Shown here: positions 21,794 to 33,122 of the stretch, in pieces
Numbering within the stretch: the first letter of the stretch is position 1
How the letters are laid out: each line of letters starts with the position of its first letter
Assembly (NCBI GenBank): GCA_013416795.1
Contig: RQSC01000002.1
Coordinates: 554,808-618,807 of the forward strand
From: Prasinococcaceae sp. CCMP 1430
Taxonomy: Eukaryota > Plantae > Prasinodermophyta
Reading direction: 5' to 3'
Length of the DNA: 64,000 nt
Notes under the pieces: model-generated
Databases searched by the model: none
What the model was told of the DNA's origin: nothing
What the model saw: the letters and a program-made list of their open reading frames with translations, nothing else
Made by a program: the position numbers and the translations under genes

Positions 21794-23776
21794 TCAGCGT
21801 GCGACGAGATATCGCTGCGGCCGGCGGGTGACCTCGCCGAAGGCGTCGAGCAGAGCGTCGCGCCGCGCAGGCGCGTCGCGCGGTGCGCGGAGCGAGCGCG
21901 CGGCGCTGTCCAGCAACGCGGCGGCCGCCGCGGCGGCGCGCCTCCACGTTGCCGCAAACGCCTCGGGAGCCGCGCCGTCGCCGGCCATGCGCTCGCGCAG
22001 TGCGCGCAATTGCGCGGAAAGCCACACGCTCGCAGCGGCGGGTCGCGAGAGCTTGCCGTTCGCCACGCGAGCGAGCGCCGTGCCCACCTTGTCGGACGCG
22101 GCGGCGCTCAGCTCAGCGTACCGCCTCGACTCGCGCGCCAGTGCGAGCGCCAGCGCCTCCTGCGCGGCGGCATCTGGGTTGGCTCCTGGGTCTGCCTCCG
22201 CACTGTCGCACTCGAGGGCGAGCGAGTCGCCCGCCGCGCCTCCGTCCTCCTCCGACTCTCCAACGTCGACGTCCTCAGGCATCTCATCGTCGGCTGACAG
22301 CAGCGCGCTCTCGTCGACAGGCTCCAGCCCCAGGCTCGTTCCAAAGTCTTCAAGCACGCGATGCGCCAAGTACGCGTCCGCTGCGACGCCCCCCGCCGCC
22401 ACGATGGTGGTCGTCGAAGTTAGCCCCATCGCCTCCTGCTCTTTGAGGCGCATGTCGAGCTCAAATAGGTGGCGCTTGGCGACAGCACGGACCGTGAGGC
22501 GGAGCGCGCGGAGACCTACTCGCGGCGGTGCGGCCTCGTAGTCGCACGCCAGACCCTCGAGCGCGCCCGCGAGCGCGTCCGGGCGGAGAGGCGCGTCACC
22601 AGACAGCAGCGCGCGCGCCTCGGCCGCGGCGAGCGCGCGCGCCCAGCGTGCACTGGCGAAGGGCGCACACGCGGCGCCCGGCCGCACGCCGAGTGCCCGC
22701 TCGAAGGCGAGCGCCGCGCGCAGCGTACCACGCAGTGCGTCATCGGAGGCAAGCGCAGCCTGCGACGACTTCATGCTAGCATTTCCCGCGAGGGCCTCCA
22801 GCGTGGGGAGCGTGTGCGCGCGAAGGTGGCTCGCGGTCGACGCGGCCACGCAAGCCTTCACGTGGGCGCGGAAGTGCAAGTGCGAGGGCTGCTGCTCTTG
22901 CTGCTGCTGCTCGGGGCCGGGCTGCGTCGGCAGCGATGAGACGCACAGCCCGGCAGCGTCCACGAGACCATCCGCGATCGCCGCGCCATGTGCATCGTCG
23001 AAGCGCTGCGCGTACGCGTACATGAGCTCCGGCCGGCCGAGCGCGGCGGCCGCGCCTGCCCCGGCGAACACACGCTCGAGAGCGCTGCGCAGTGGGAGCG
23101 CGACGAGCGCGTCGAGGGCCCACAGTTGCTGCGGCTGGGGCTGTACTAGCGTTCGCTGCACTCGCGGAGGTGGCGGTTGCGCTCGAAGAGTTGCGCCCAG
23201 GGCGGCTTTGAGCGGGGCTTCGAGCGGGGAGCGGAAGAGCTTCGTGTAGAGCTGTTCTGAGCCCGCCGATGTCATCTCGTCGGCGGGCGGGGGCCAGCGG
23301 TCGCCGATCGCCGCCTCCACGGCCACGCGTAGCGACTCACGCGCGGCGCGCTCGCTGCGCAGTAGCTCGACGGTCGCGAGCTCGCTCGCCCTCGCCCACG
23401 CGCGCCCGTTCAGTGGCGCTGATGACGAGCGTAGGGCGCAAAGCGCATCGGCGAGCGCTCCAGCGGACAACGGATCCGCGGGCGCTGCGAGCGCGCTCGC
23501 CAGGCGCGCGCTCGCTTGGGCCGTCGCCGCGACGCAGCGCATGTACTCCTCTGCGGCGCATGCAACGAGCAGCCTGCTGGGCGTCGAGGATACGGGCGCT
23601 TCGGGGTGCTCCGCCGCCCCTGGTGGCTTGCCGTCTGAGCCGCCTTCGCTGGCGGCCAGTCGCGCAAGCGCCCTCTCGCACCGCGCCGCGGCGCCGGTGC
23701 GCGCGGCATGTGCGAGCTCGGCGAAGGAGCGGACGGCAGCCGGCGATACGTCCATCCTGTTGGTGGCTGGGGCCAT
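21794..23776 (-). CDS. RINT1/TIP20 (MAG2-like) tethering-complex subunit
   Basis: Long helical ORF with RWPP, LWALDALVALPL and GRPELMYAY resembling the family's WP, LWAxxxLVxP and KPEW segments. Confidence 0.55.
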   Translation of the reverse strand: MAPATNRMDVSPAAVRSFAELAHAARTGAAARCERALARLAASEGGSDGKPPGAAEHPEAPVSSTPSRLLVACAAEEYMRCVAATAQASARLASALAAPADPLSAGALADALCALRSSSAPLNGRAWARASELATVELLRSERAARESLRVAVEAAIGDRWPPPADEMTSAGSEQLYTKLFRSPLEAPLKAALGATLRAQPPPPRVQRTLVQPQPQQLWALDALVALPLRSALERVFAGAGAAAALGRPELMYAYAQRFDDAHGAAIADGLVDAAGLCVSSLPTQPGPEQQQQEQQPSHLHFRAHVKACVAASTASHLRAHTLPTLEALAGNASMKSSQAALASDDALRGTLRAALAFERALGVRPGAACAPFASARWARALAAAEARALLSGDAPLRPDALAGALEGLACDYEAAPPRVGLRALRLTVRAVAKRHLFELDMRLKEQEAMGLTSTTTIVAAGGVAADAYLAHRVLEDFGTSLGLEPVDESALLSADDEMPEDVDVGESEEDGGAAGDSLALECDSAEADPGANPDAAAQEALALALARESRRYAELSAAASDKVGTALARVANGKLSRPAAASVWLSAQLRALRERMAGDGAAPEAFAATWRRAAAAAAALLDSAARSLRAPRDAPARRDALLDAFGEVTRRPQRYLVAR

Positions 23777-24227
23777 CGCTGCCGTCACGGGCCTGCCGTC
23801 GCAGCTGCCGTTGCGGCTGGCCGGCCAGCCCGCCAGGGCGGGCCGCGCACGGGCTCTGGCGCGCCCTCGAGCACAGAAAATTGGCCGGAGTACTCTGCCA
23901 TACAGCACGGTTGCGCCAGCCCACCAAGCCCCTCTCCCTCCCCCTCTCCCTGGACCCAAACACCACCCTAGCTAGCGCCACGTCGTGCCGTCACGTGAGA
24001 GCCCTTGGGATCGGCGTCCGCCGCGCCGCCTGCGGGCTGCTGCGCGGCGGCGGGCAGCGCGTCCGCCAGCACTCCGCGCTGCAGCGCCGCCGGCGGTGCA
24101 GGCGCACGCGCACGCGTGCGAGTGAGCATAGACGGCCAAGCTGGCGTCACTGCCGCCGACGTGGGCGCAGCGAGCGGCTTTGGTTGAGCTCGATCGCGCG
24201 CTCAAGCTCTGACTTCACGGCCAGGCA

Positions 24228-26426
24228 ATGTGGCTGAGGTGGAGGGGCGTGGCCATAGCTGCGAGGACGGCAGCAGCGGCGGCGGCGGCAGCGGCAGGCA
24301 GGCCATGCGCTGCGCGCGCTGGCGAGGCGCGCGTTATCTCTATGCCCCGAGGAACGCGTGCACTGCACGTCTCCGGTGCGGCTGCGGGACTTTACGGCGT
24401 ACCTGAGCTCTCATCGCCCGATGGCTTCGATGCGCTCGCGGAGCGTGCTGAGGCGCTTGCCCGCGATGTGCTCTCGCACGCCATGCTGCCGAGCGCCGCC
24501 GAGGGCGACAGCGCGTGCCCGCTCGCGCCCCTCGACGCGCTCAGTGACGCCGTTTGTCAAGTCGCCGACGCTGCCGAGCTGTGCCGCAACACGCACGCCG
24601 ACGCCGAGTGGAGGCAAGCCGCTGACGGCGCCTGGCGGCGGCTCGGGGCACTCATCTATGCTGTGAACAGCGACCAGGCGCTGTATGCGTCGATCAAGCG
24701 CGCCGAACGGCGGCACGAAGCGCTCGAGCGCGAGCGGGCGCTCGGCCTCGCTGAGGCGAACGCTCTAGCGGCTGATGTGGATGGCTGGCGAGCCTCCGAA
24801 CCGCTCGTGGTGCTGCGTGGGTATCTGCACGAAATGGAGAGCGGCGGCGTGCACCTGAGCGGAACGCCCGCCGGCACCCGCCACGCGGTCGCCTGCCGTG
24901 ACGCTGACCGCCTCGCGCACGCGTTTGCAGCGGCGGCAGGAGGTGGTGGGGGTGGCGGCGCGGCGGCCGCCACAGCGGCACTGCAGAGGCTCCCGGACGC
25001 AGCCGCGCGCAAGCAGGTGTACCTCGCGGGGGCGCGGGCGGGCCGCGAAAATCTCGACGTGCTCGTCGACCTGCTGCAGGCGCGCCACGCGATGGCCGCG
25101 GAGCTCGGCTACGCATCTTTCGCGCACGCAACCGCCGCGCCACTCATGGCGCGCTCGCCAGAGACCATCGCTGAGCTGCTCGTGGAGTTCGAGACGGCGA
25201 TCGCACCGTGGGCGGAGGAAGAGGACGAACTGTTGCGGCAGTCGGCGAGGCTGCCAGCGGGTGCGCGCGTGGCCCCATGGGATAGGCCCTTCTTTGAGGC
25301 GCGGCGCTCCGAGGCGGCCTACACCTCCGCGCAGCAGCGCCGCAGGCACACCAACGTGGCGGTGGACGTGTCCGAGTACATGCGCCTACCGAGCGTGCTG
25401 CAGGGGCTCAGCGAGCTGCTCACGAGGCTCTTCGGCATCACGCTGCAGAGGGTTGGAATGGGCGAGTGCGAGGCGTGGGCCAAGGGCGTGAGCAAACACG
25501 CGCTCGTGTGCCCAGAGGAGGGTGTGCTCGGCTATGTCTACCTTGACCTGCTCGCGCGCGCGCACAAGCGTGCTGTGACTGCAACCCACGTTGTGCGTGC
25601 GGGGCGAGAGGATCCCTCGATGCCTGGTGGCTACCGCGTCGCAACCGTTGCGCTCGTCATGAACGTGGGCGGTGTGTACGCGCACGAAGAGGCCGACCCA
25701 CTGCTTTCGTCCGCTGGCGTGTCGCTCTCGCACGGGCAGCTCACCACGCTGCTGCACGAATTCGGCCATGTGCTTCACGCGCTGCTCTCGAGGACGCGAT
25801 ACCAGAGCGTGAGCGGGATCCGTTGCGCCCACGACTACGTTGAGCTTCCATCGACGGTTTTCGAACACCTTGCGAGCGATCGCGAGGCGCTCAAGCTGCT
25901 CGCGCGACACTCAACGACGCGCGAGCCACTGCCAGACGAGGCCATCGACGGCCTGCTCGCGGCGAGCGACGTCGCGCCCGCCAGCGCACTCGCACAGAAA
26001 CGCGCATTTGCGGCGTTCGATCAGAGGCTGCACAGCTGCTCGCCGCCACCGACCAGTGCACAGGACACCATCGACGCGCATGCCGGTGTGTACACCGCGA
26101 CAACACCTGGCGTCGGCGAGCATGTGGAGGGGACGTGGCCGCACGCGCAGTTTCACCACCTAGCAATGGATGGATACGCTGCTGCATACTACTCTTACCT
26201 CTACTCTCACGCATTTGCTTCGCAGGTGTGGGATGATGTCCTGGGGGGGGGCGCGGGAGTCAACCGCACGGGTGGCGATGCCCTGCGTTTTGGCTTGCTA
26301 GCGGCAGGCGGTGGCGCCGACCCCGGTGCGCTGCTATCGCGCCTGCTAGGCAAAGGAGCCGTACGGGCGGGCGCCGACGGTGGGGTCTTGCCGGACGTGC
26401 AGCGATGCGTGCGCGCAATGCGCTAG
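24228..26426 (+). CDS. OCT1: Mitochondrial intermediate peptidase (M3A)
   Basis: Arg/Ala presequence, LDALSDAVCQVADAAELCRNTH, PWD, GYVYLDL, TLLHEFGHVLH, DYVELPS, YYSYLY. Confidence 0.9.
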   Translation: MWLRWRGVAIAARTAAAAAAAAAGRPCAARAGEARVISMPRGTRALHVSGAAAGLYGVPELSSPDGFDALAERAEALARDVLSHAMLPSAAEGDSACPLAPLDALSDAVCQVADAAELCRNTHADAEWRQAADGAWRRLGALIYAVNSDQALYASIKRAERRHEALERERALGLAEANALAADVDGWRASEPLVVLRGYLHEMESGGVHLSGTPAGTRHAVACRDADRLAHAFAAAAGGGGGGGAAAATAALQRLPDAAARKQVYLAGARAGRENLDVLVDLLQARHAMAAELGYASFAHATAAPLMARSPETIAELLVEFETAIAPWAEEEDELLRQSARLPAGARVAPWDRPFFEARRSEAAYTSAQQRRRHTNVAVDVSEYMRLPSVLQGLSELLTRLFGITLQRVGMGECEAWAKGVSKHALVCPEEGVLGYVYLDLLARAHKRAVTATHVVRAGREDPSMPGGYRVATVALVMNVGGVYAHEEADPLLSSAGVSLSHGQLTTLLHEFGHVLHALLSRTRYQSVSGIRCAHDYVELPSTVFEHLASDREALKLLARHSTTREPLPDEAIDGLLAASDVAPASALAQKRAFAAFDQRLHSCSPPPTSAQDTIDAHAGVYTATTPGVGEHVEGTWPHAQFHHLAMDGYAAAYYSYLYSHAFASQVWDDVLGGGAGVNRTGGDALRFGLLAAGGGADPGALLSRLLGKGAVRAGADGGVLPDVQRCVRAMR

Positions 26427-26670
26427 TGGAAGCGAAACCAAGTATGTGATAATGTACCAGTACTGTACTCATGCTCCGCGAGAGAGGACGTGCGCGTGCC
26501 CCAATCGCCGATGTCCAGAATGCGTGTTGGTGGCACATTGGCGGGTGGTGAAGGTCCCCCCACCCAGCTGACATGACCAATCGGATCAAAAGATTTTATA
26601 GATCATCGCAGTTGACAAAAAAAGGGAGGTGTGTGGGGGGGGAGGGGATGACACCGCAGCTCGCTGGCGA

Positions 26671-28552
26671 CTACGCGTCCACCGAGATGTTTATGGGCAG
26701 GATGCGCAGCCTGCCCCCGCGCACCTCGGTCTCGAGGGCGTACTCCTCGGCAATCATGGTCGCCTGGGCCTCGATGAGGTACGCCTCGCGGGGCGCGAGG
26801 TCGACTGACTCGCCCAGCGGCTGCACGATGCGCTCAACCATGTAGCGCGCTTCCTCCAGCGCTTCGTCCTCCATCTGTTTGGCCTCAAAGACGGCGGCGG
26901 CCTTGCGCTCGGCTCTCGTGCGCGGCTTGGTCGCCTTACCCTTTGCCACGCCGTCAACAGCCGCTGCCGTCTCCACGGCGCCACGGTCGCCGTCGTCCCC
27001 TGGCAGACCGAGCACGGCGCGTAGCGTGCGCGTCATGGCGGGCACAGTGTCTTGCTTAATGGCGAAGACGGGGATGCCCATGCGCTGGCCGGCGGCCTTG
27101 AGCACCTCTCCCTTGGATCCCTTGATGGCCGAGCGCAGCGCGAGCACACAGTCCGCCTGATGCAAATCGTCTACGACCATCGCCTCTTGCGAGAGCTCGA
27201 GGAAGGTGATCACGTCGCTGAAGCGGCTGGCGTCCAGCGCGTACAGGTATATGCGGATGCCAGCGAATGGGGCATCGGCGTACGAATCTGAGCCGTAGTT
27301 CGCGCCGCTGCCGTACCCGCCGTTTGGGCCGGCGCCGTTGCCACCGTTCTGGTACCCGTAAGCCTCGTTGCCTGCCTGCAGCGGCAAGGACATCCTGTCC
27401 GGATTGCCGAGCTCGGCGCCCGTCGGCGCGTCGAAGGTGCGCACGGTGATGCACTCGTCGCCCACCATCTCGCGGACCTCGATGGGAGGGTTGCGACCGA
27501 GCAGCACGGAGTCGACAGCCTCGCCCACCGAGCGGTGCACCCTCCAGCGGCGCGCAGCCTCCATCTCGACGGCGCACTCGAACGTCGGCGGGCCCTGGCG
27601 CTCCAGAATGGTCTTCTGCACGCCCCTGCGCTTAGCCTCGTCGTCGCTGAGCGTCACCGCGCCTATCCCGCCGACGAGGTCCGACAGCGCCGGGTTCTTC
27701 AGGATGTTGTCCAGCACATTCCCGTGCGCCGTCGCCACGAGCTGCACGCCGCGCTGCGCGATCGTGCGCGCAGCCAGTGCCTCCGCCTCGGTGCCGATCT
27801 CGTCGATGACAATGACCTGTGGCATGTGATTTTGGACTGCCTCTATCATCACCTCGTGCTGCAGCTCGGGCCGCGGCACCTGCAGCCGCCTCGCCCGTCC
27901 GACGCCCGGGTGCGGCACGTCACCGTCGCCGCCGATCTCGTTGCTCGTGTCCACGATCACAACTCGCTTGAGGCACTCGTCGGCGAGGAAGCGCGCGATC
28001 TCGCGCACGGCCGTCGTCTTGCCCACGCCAGGCCTGCCCATCAGCAGCAGGCTACCGCCTCCCTCTACGAGGTCCTTCGCCAGGGCCCTGCATCCGTTGA
28101 TCGCCCGCCCCACGCGGCACGTCAGTCCGACCACCTTCCCGCTCCGCGACCTTATGCACGAGATGCGGTGCAGCGTGCGGTCGAGCCCCGCGCGGTTGTC
28201 GCTGCCGAATTCGCCTGCCGCATCCACAGCGTACTCGAGGTCCCTCTCGCTCACGGGCTCGTCGCCACATTCGAGCTCGCTCGTCGGAAACCGCGCGAGC
28301 GCGGGCCTGCCGAGGTCGAGCACAACCTCCACGAGCTCATCCAGCTCGGGGGAGGCGAGCAGCACCTCGCGCACGGCCGGCGGCAATATCTGCACGAGGT
28401 CGAGCAGCTCGGCGGCTGCGGCGGCCTCAGAAGCCGCTTCATCGCCCGCTGCACTCGCCGCGCTCGCCGCTAGCTCCCTGGCCGCCTGTTCGTCGCGCCT
28501 GCGCTGCTCCTCAGCATCCACGCGAACGGCCGAGCCGATCGCCGCCTCGGCG
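26671..28552 (-). CDS. ycf45: Ycf45 / SpoIIIAA-like ATPase, long paralogue with degenerate R3H C-terminus (5' end disturbed)
   Basis: EVVLDLGR, DNRAG..TLHRIS, GLTCRVGR, GRPGVGKTT, IVDTSNEIGGDGDVPH, EAVQNHMP, DEIG, ATAHG. Confidence 0.92.
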
Positions 28553-28648
28553 TCGCTCACGGGCTCGTCGCCACATTCGAGCTCGCTCGTCGGAAACCGC
28601 GCGAGCGCGGGCCTGCCGAGGTCGAGCACAACCTCCACGAGCTCATCC
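28553..28648. repeat. Exact 96-bp copy of 28247-28342 abutting a single N
   Basis: Identical sequence; N at 28649. Confidence 0.9.
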
Positions 28649-29421
28649 NCCCACCCCACCCCACCCCACCCCTGCGCGCCTCCCGATCCGGCGCGCGCGC
28701 GCGCGCGATCGAACCGCGGGACGGATTAATCCCCGGCGCACGCTCGGATGTATCCGCCGCATAAAACCCGCGCGCCCCGCGCACGCCCACCGCCCACCGC
28801 CGAATTCTCCTGCGCGCGCGGATAAAAACTACACAGTAACCCTGAAAGAAATTAAGAACCCTAAAACACATTCGTGGATCATTTCAAGGGTCTGTCGGAC
28901 GGAGATCCACCCAATTCGCACACCCCCGGGACGCCCCCGTGGGTCAGTTCCGGCATACGCGGGGGGGGGGGCCGCCAGCCAGTTTTTCGCCGCGCATCCG
29001 CTCGCGTCGACGGCAGACGCAGGCGGGAGGCGCGCGAGTGCGACGACGCGTGCGTTTTCATGACGCATGAGAGGCAACCGAAACTTCGATTTTTGGGGTG
29101 ACTCGCGCGGCCGCGCGCGCGCGGCGTCGAGCCGCGGCGTCCGGGGAGAGGTTCGAAAGCGTTTCATTCCGGCGTCAAAAATGCGGAAGTTTAACTCGAA
29201 TAATTGCAATTCCGCAGATTTGAAGTGGCAGGGCTCCCCCCGGGCGCGGCGCGAAGTGGCGCGCGGCGGGCACACGCCGCAGCGGGGGAGGGGGAACGCA
29301 CACCGCCGCCTGCCCGGGGGGGTCCGGCGCCTCGTGCGGCCCACGCGCGAACCCGCCGCCCGCCGTGCCGCCGGCGAACCGACCGCTGCGCAGCAGGGGA
29401 CGACCGAGCGGCGAGTGCCCT

Positions 29422-31713
29422 ATGTGCGTCGCGCCCGCTGCGGTGCCGCGCGATGGGAAATGCGTGGAGACTTCGCCCCTGCTGGAGGAACAGCCACGCT
29501 CGCGCGAGGCGCCGCAGAGGCGAGACCCGCCGGCATGCACAACGGGCGAGCGCCGCGTGTGCGCGTGCCGACGCTGGGTGGCGCGCTGGGCGCTGCGCAT
29601 GCTGGGTGCTTCTGCAGCTGCGTGCACGCCGCTCGCGCTGCCGCTCGCGCTCGCATCGACGCAGTGGGACCCAAGCATGATGTGGTTGGCGGTCTTCCCT
29701 GACAAGGTGCTCTGGGTGTCGGGATACACGCTGCACAACTTCCTCTACTGGGTGATGCCTACGGCACTGGCCGCGCTGGGGGCAGCCGCGGCGCTGCGCG
29801 CGCAAGGCGACGTTGCCGTCGCCTTCCGCAATCGCCAGAAGCCCCCGCGGCGTCTGCTGCGGCTGTTTGCGGCGCTGTGGGTGCTTGCAACGAGTGCAGC
29901 GTACGTGTGCAACGCTGCGCGAGCCCGCATCGAGAAGGAGGAGGCCGGCATGGGATGGTCAGACACGCGCGCGGCGTCCGAGTCGCTCTCGTACGCCTTC
30001 GGGCCGGCCGGGCTCTTTCTCACGTTGGCGGCGCTCATGCCGGTGTCACGCGGCGCGGAGCTGCTCGCGGGGGCGGGCGTGTCTGTCGAGGGCGCGCTGC
30101 GGGTGCACGCGCTCGCGGGGCGCATCTGCCTCGCCGCGCTCTTGGCGCACGGCGCTGGCTACGCCTTTACGTGGGCGCGCTACGACGGCGTGGCCGTGGC
30201 GGCAGCACGCCTCGCGGCGTGGCCCAGCAACGCGTACGGTGTGGTCAATCTGGCTGGCGGCCTCTCCCTCGTAGGGGGCGCGCTCGCGGCCATCGCTGCG
30301 CTGCCCGCGGTGCGGCGCGGCTGCTACGAGGCCTTCTTGTGGGGCCACCTGCTCGGAGCGGCGGTGTTCTACCTGATGGCCTGCGCGCATGCGTCATGGA
30401 TCTGTTGGTGCCTGGCGCCCGCCACGCTCATCTGGGCCATCGAGCGCGCCCACAGGGCGCACAGCCGCAGCACGCTGCAGCGCGCGCGCATCTCCATGCC
30501 CGCGCGGAGCCTACTCCGCGTGCACCTTCCGGACGTTCCGCTCACGTCCGGCCACGCCATTGCGTGGCTGACGGTGCCGCAGTTGGGAGGTTCGCTGGGC
30601 GCGCAAACGCACCCATTCAGCTTTCTGCCCGCGGCGGGTGGAGGGTGCGTGGCCTTCGTACGTGTCGTGGCAGCCGCGGCCGGCGATGCCAGCGGCAGCT
30701 GGACACAGCATCTCGCCTCGCTCGCGCCCAAGGACGGCTCCAATGCCGTGGCCGCCGAGGTCGCCGTGCGCGTCGACGGACCGCACGTGAGCGAGCACCA
30801 GCAGCTGCCGCCGGATGGGGAGATGGCCCTAGTTGGTGGAGGTGCGGGCGTTATGCCGCTGCTGGCGCTGCTCAATGGGCGGTGCCTTGCTCGACGCGCG
30901 AGCGCCAGGGGAGCGCCGGGTGGCTATGTCGCGCTGCCAGGAGACAGCCAACCCCTGAACGCGCACACTCGCGTGTGTCTCGTCACGCGCGAGGCGGACG
31001 ATTGCGTGATGCTTGAGGTCCTCGCACCCGAGACGATCCGTGAGCTGCATGGTGGCGGCGTCGGCGTGAGCGTGAGCCTCACCCGCGGCGGCGGCGATGC
31101 CGACCTGGAAGCATCGCCGAGCGCCGCGGCTGTCGCAGCAGTGGCGGCGGCGCTCAGCCTCACGCCGCTGCCGGCGATGGCGGTCAGCGCCGATGGGCAT
31201 AGCGTCGGTGGGGATGACGGCGTGGGCGCTTGCTGGCATGGCGAGCTGGCGGTCCTCCTCACCACCGTCGGCATGCTCGTGGGCACAGTGCTCGCCGAGG
31301 GCGCCACCAATGGCTTCGGCGGTGACGGGCCAATTTTTGCCGTTTTTGGCGATGGCTGGGCCAAGGGCATGCTCCTTGGAGTTTTGCTCAATGCCGGCGC
31401 ATTTGCTGGCGCGTGGAGTTATGTTTGGGCGCTGCGCATGATGCGGCGGCGGCGAGCAACAGCGCCTGCAGATGTCGAGGCGCCCAGCGATCTGGTCCCG
31501 CACTCAAGTTGGCAGGGCGAGAAACTCTCTGCCATGAGCGCCGCCGCTGCGGTGCGCGTGAGTGCCGGCCGGCCAGACGTGGGCGCCTTCGTCGCCGGCT
31601 CAACGGCTGCGGTCGTGTCAGGCTCGCCCGGCTTCGTCGCGATGGCACTGGAGGGCGCCGCCTCCAGCGGCGTGCCCGCGTCGGCAGCGTCGCTGGACAT
31701 GGCCGCAATTTAA
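29422..31713 (+). CDS. Ferric reductase-like (FRO/FRE) membrane flavocytochrome
   Basis: TM His pairs (HALAGR..HGAGY; HLLG..HASW), FAD motif HPFS, VDGPH, NADPH motif LVGGGAGVMP; start uncertain. Confidence 0.85.
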   Translation: MCVAPAAVPRDGKCVETSPLLEEQPRSREAPQRRDPPACTTGERRVCACRRWVARWALRMLGASAAACTPLALPLALASTQWDPSMMWLAVFPDKVLWVSGYTLHNFLYWVMPTALAALGAAAALRAQGDVAVAFRNRQKPPRRLLRLFAALWVLATSAAYVCNAARARIEKEEAGMGWSDTRAASESLSYAFGPAGLFLTLAALMPVSRGAELLAGAGVSVEGALRVHALAGRICLAALLAHGAGYAFTWARYDGVAVAAARLAAWPSNAYGVVNLAGGLSLVGGALAAIAALPAVRRGCYEAFLWGHLLGAAVFYLMACAHASWICWCLAPATLIWAIERAHRAHSRSTLQRARISMPARSLLRVHLPDVPLTSGHAIAWLTVPQLGGSLGAQTHPFSFLPAAGGGCVAFVRVVAAAAGDASGSWTQHLASLAPKDGSNAVAAEVAVRVDGPHVSEHQQLPPDGEMALVGGGAGVMPLLALLNGRCLARRASARGAPGGYVALPGDSQPLNAHTRVCLVTREADDCVMLEVLAPETIRELHGGGVGVSVSLTRGGGDADLEASPSAAAVAAVAAALSLTPLPAMAVSADGHSVGGDDGVGACWHGELAVLLTTVGMLVGTVLAEGATNGFGGDGPIFAVFGDGWAKGMLLGVLLNAGAFAGAWSYVWALRMMRRRRATAPADVEAPSDLVPHSSWQGEKLSAMSAAAAVRVSAGRPDVGAFVAGSTAAVVSGSPGFVAMALEGAASSGVPASAASLDMAAI

Positions 31714-31881
31714 TATATTGAGACCCTTTTTAGTTCACACCCTAACTGCACCGTACCCCATATCGCACGCCGGCACCGCATGCGCGCCATACGCCGCGCC
31801 TGGCGCGGGGCCGGCTTGGTCGTAGGGGAGGCTGCAGGGGAGGCTTGCGCGGCGGCTGCCTCTGACGCCTCGCGCCTCGCG

Positions 31882-32976
31882 ATGGTCCGCGGGCACGATC
31901 GGGACGGTGCGGAGGGCGGCGCGCGCGCCGAGCGGGAGGAGCGCGAGGCCTCGGACGAGGAGGCGTTCGCGGAGCTTCTCGAGCTTGTGAGCGCGTCCGA
32001 GGACGAGAGCGAGGACAGGGGTGGGGTGGGGGGCAAGCGCAAGCGCGACAGCGGCGGCGACGGAAGCAGCGGCGGCAGCGGTGGCGGCAGCAGCAGCTCT
32101 GGCAGTGGCGGTTGCGAGGGCAGCGACGGCAGCGGTGGCAGCGGCGGTGGGGCGAAGCGTGGGAAGCGCGCGGCCTCGTCGCCTGTGGTAGGGGCAGTGA
32201 TAGCGAGCGGCGCGCTCTCGCTGCCGTCGCTGCCGGCAGACGTGATTATGCACGTGCTGAAACACCTGTCGGCGACCGACCTATCGTCAGTTGGCGCGAC
32301 GTGTCGTGCGCTGCGCGCGCCGGCGGCAGCCAAGGAGCTCTGGGCGGCCGCAGCGGCGCGGCGCGGCTGGCCGGCCGACGTCAGCGGACGGCGCGCGTAC
32401 GCCACGGCCGACGCAGCCGAGCTGCGTGGCCTAATGGAGTCCTTCAGCGGCGCGAGTGATGATGTGGTGCTCGCCGCCACTCTCTCCCACGCAGCCTTCA
32501 GGCAGAGATGTCCGACGAGGGCGGAAGTTGCGCAATTCGATGCCGCTGCTGCTGCGGCCGCCGACCCGCATGCGTCGTCAGCGGGTGGGTCGGCTGGCGC
32601 GAATGAGCGCTTGGCCTCGTGGCGGCGGCGCTGGGGGGGTGCAAATGTTGACAGCACGCATGCGCACCAGTGCTCGCGCTTGTGCGCATTCACACCCCTC
32701 GGCGAAAATCTTTGGGGATGCTCGCGCTCTGGGAAGGTGCACGAGTGCTCGACGAGGCGCAGCCACGCGTGTGCCCTCGCCGAGACGGGCCGAGACGGCC
32801 TGCTCGTATGCCCGGCGTCAGGGCGCTCGTTCAACACCCTCGTTGGCGCTGATGAGGAGGCGCACGGCGCTGACGACGAGGAGGGCTGCAAAGAGGAGCC
32901 CGTAGGACGAGGCCTCGCAGCCGCGTATCTGAGTGGCTACTGGGCGACAGACGAGAAGGCGCTCATGCGGCGGTAG
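31882..32976 (+). CDS. F-box protein, SKIP31-like
   Basis: F-box LPADVIMHVLKHLSATDLSSVGATCR; C-terminal HQCSRLC..CSRSGKVHEC..C..LVCPASG and GLAAAYLSGY; alternative ATG at 31780. Confidence 0.8.
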   Translation: MVRGHDRDGAEGGARAEREEREASDEEAFAELLELVSASEDESEDRGGVGGKRKRDSGGDGSSGGSGGGSSSSGSGGCEGSDGSGGSGGGAKRGKRAASSPVVGAVIASGALSLPSLPADVIMHVLKHLSATDLSSVGATCRALRAPAAAKELWAAAAARRGWPADVSGRRAYATADAAELRGLMESFSGASDDVVLAATLSHAAFRQRCPTRAEVAQFDAAAAAAADPHASSAGGSAGANERLASWRRRWGGANVDSTHAHQCSRLCAFTPLGENLWGCSRSGKVHECSTRRSHACALAETGRDGLLVCPASGRSFNTLVGADEEAHGADDEEGCKEEPVGRGLAAAYLSGYWATDEKALMRR

Positions 32977-33114
32977 CAGCGGCCGCGCACGCATTGGGGC
33001 GCGCGCGGCCTACACGTAACTCACGTCGATCGCGACGCCATCCTACGCGCACACGCGTACATCACACGACGCTGCTCGGGGCGCGCGTGCTTAGGGAGGA
33101 AGGCAGATGGCAGT

Positions 33115-33119
33115 TTACA
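33115..33119 (-). terminator. UGUAA polyadenylation signal (representative site)
   Basis: Sense-strand TGTAA lies downstream of five minus-strand stops: 9969-9973, 33115-33119, 53393-53397, 57417-57421, 61487-61491; UGUAA is the known chlorophyte signal. Confidence 0.6.
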
Positions 33120-33122
33120 GCA

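Noticed and set aside
28553-28659. Internal domain duplication in Ycf45
   Set aside because: Exact 96-bp copy ending at a single N; most likely an assembly artefact replacing the real 5' end
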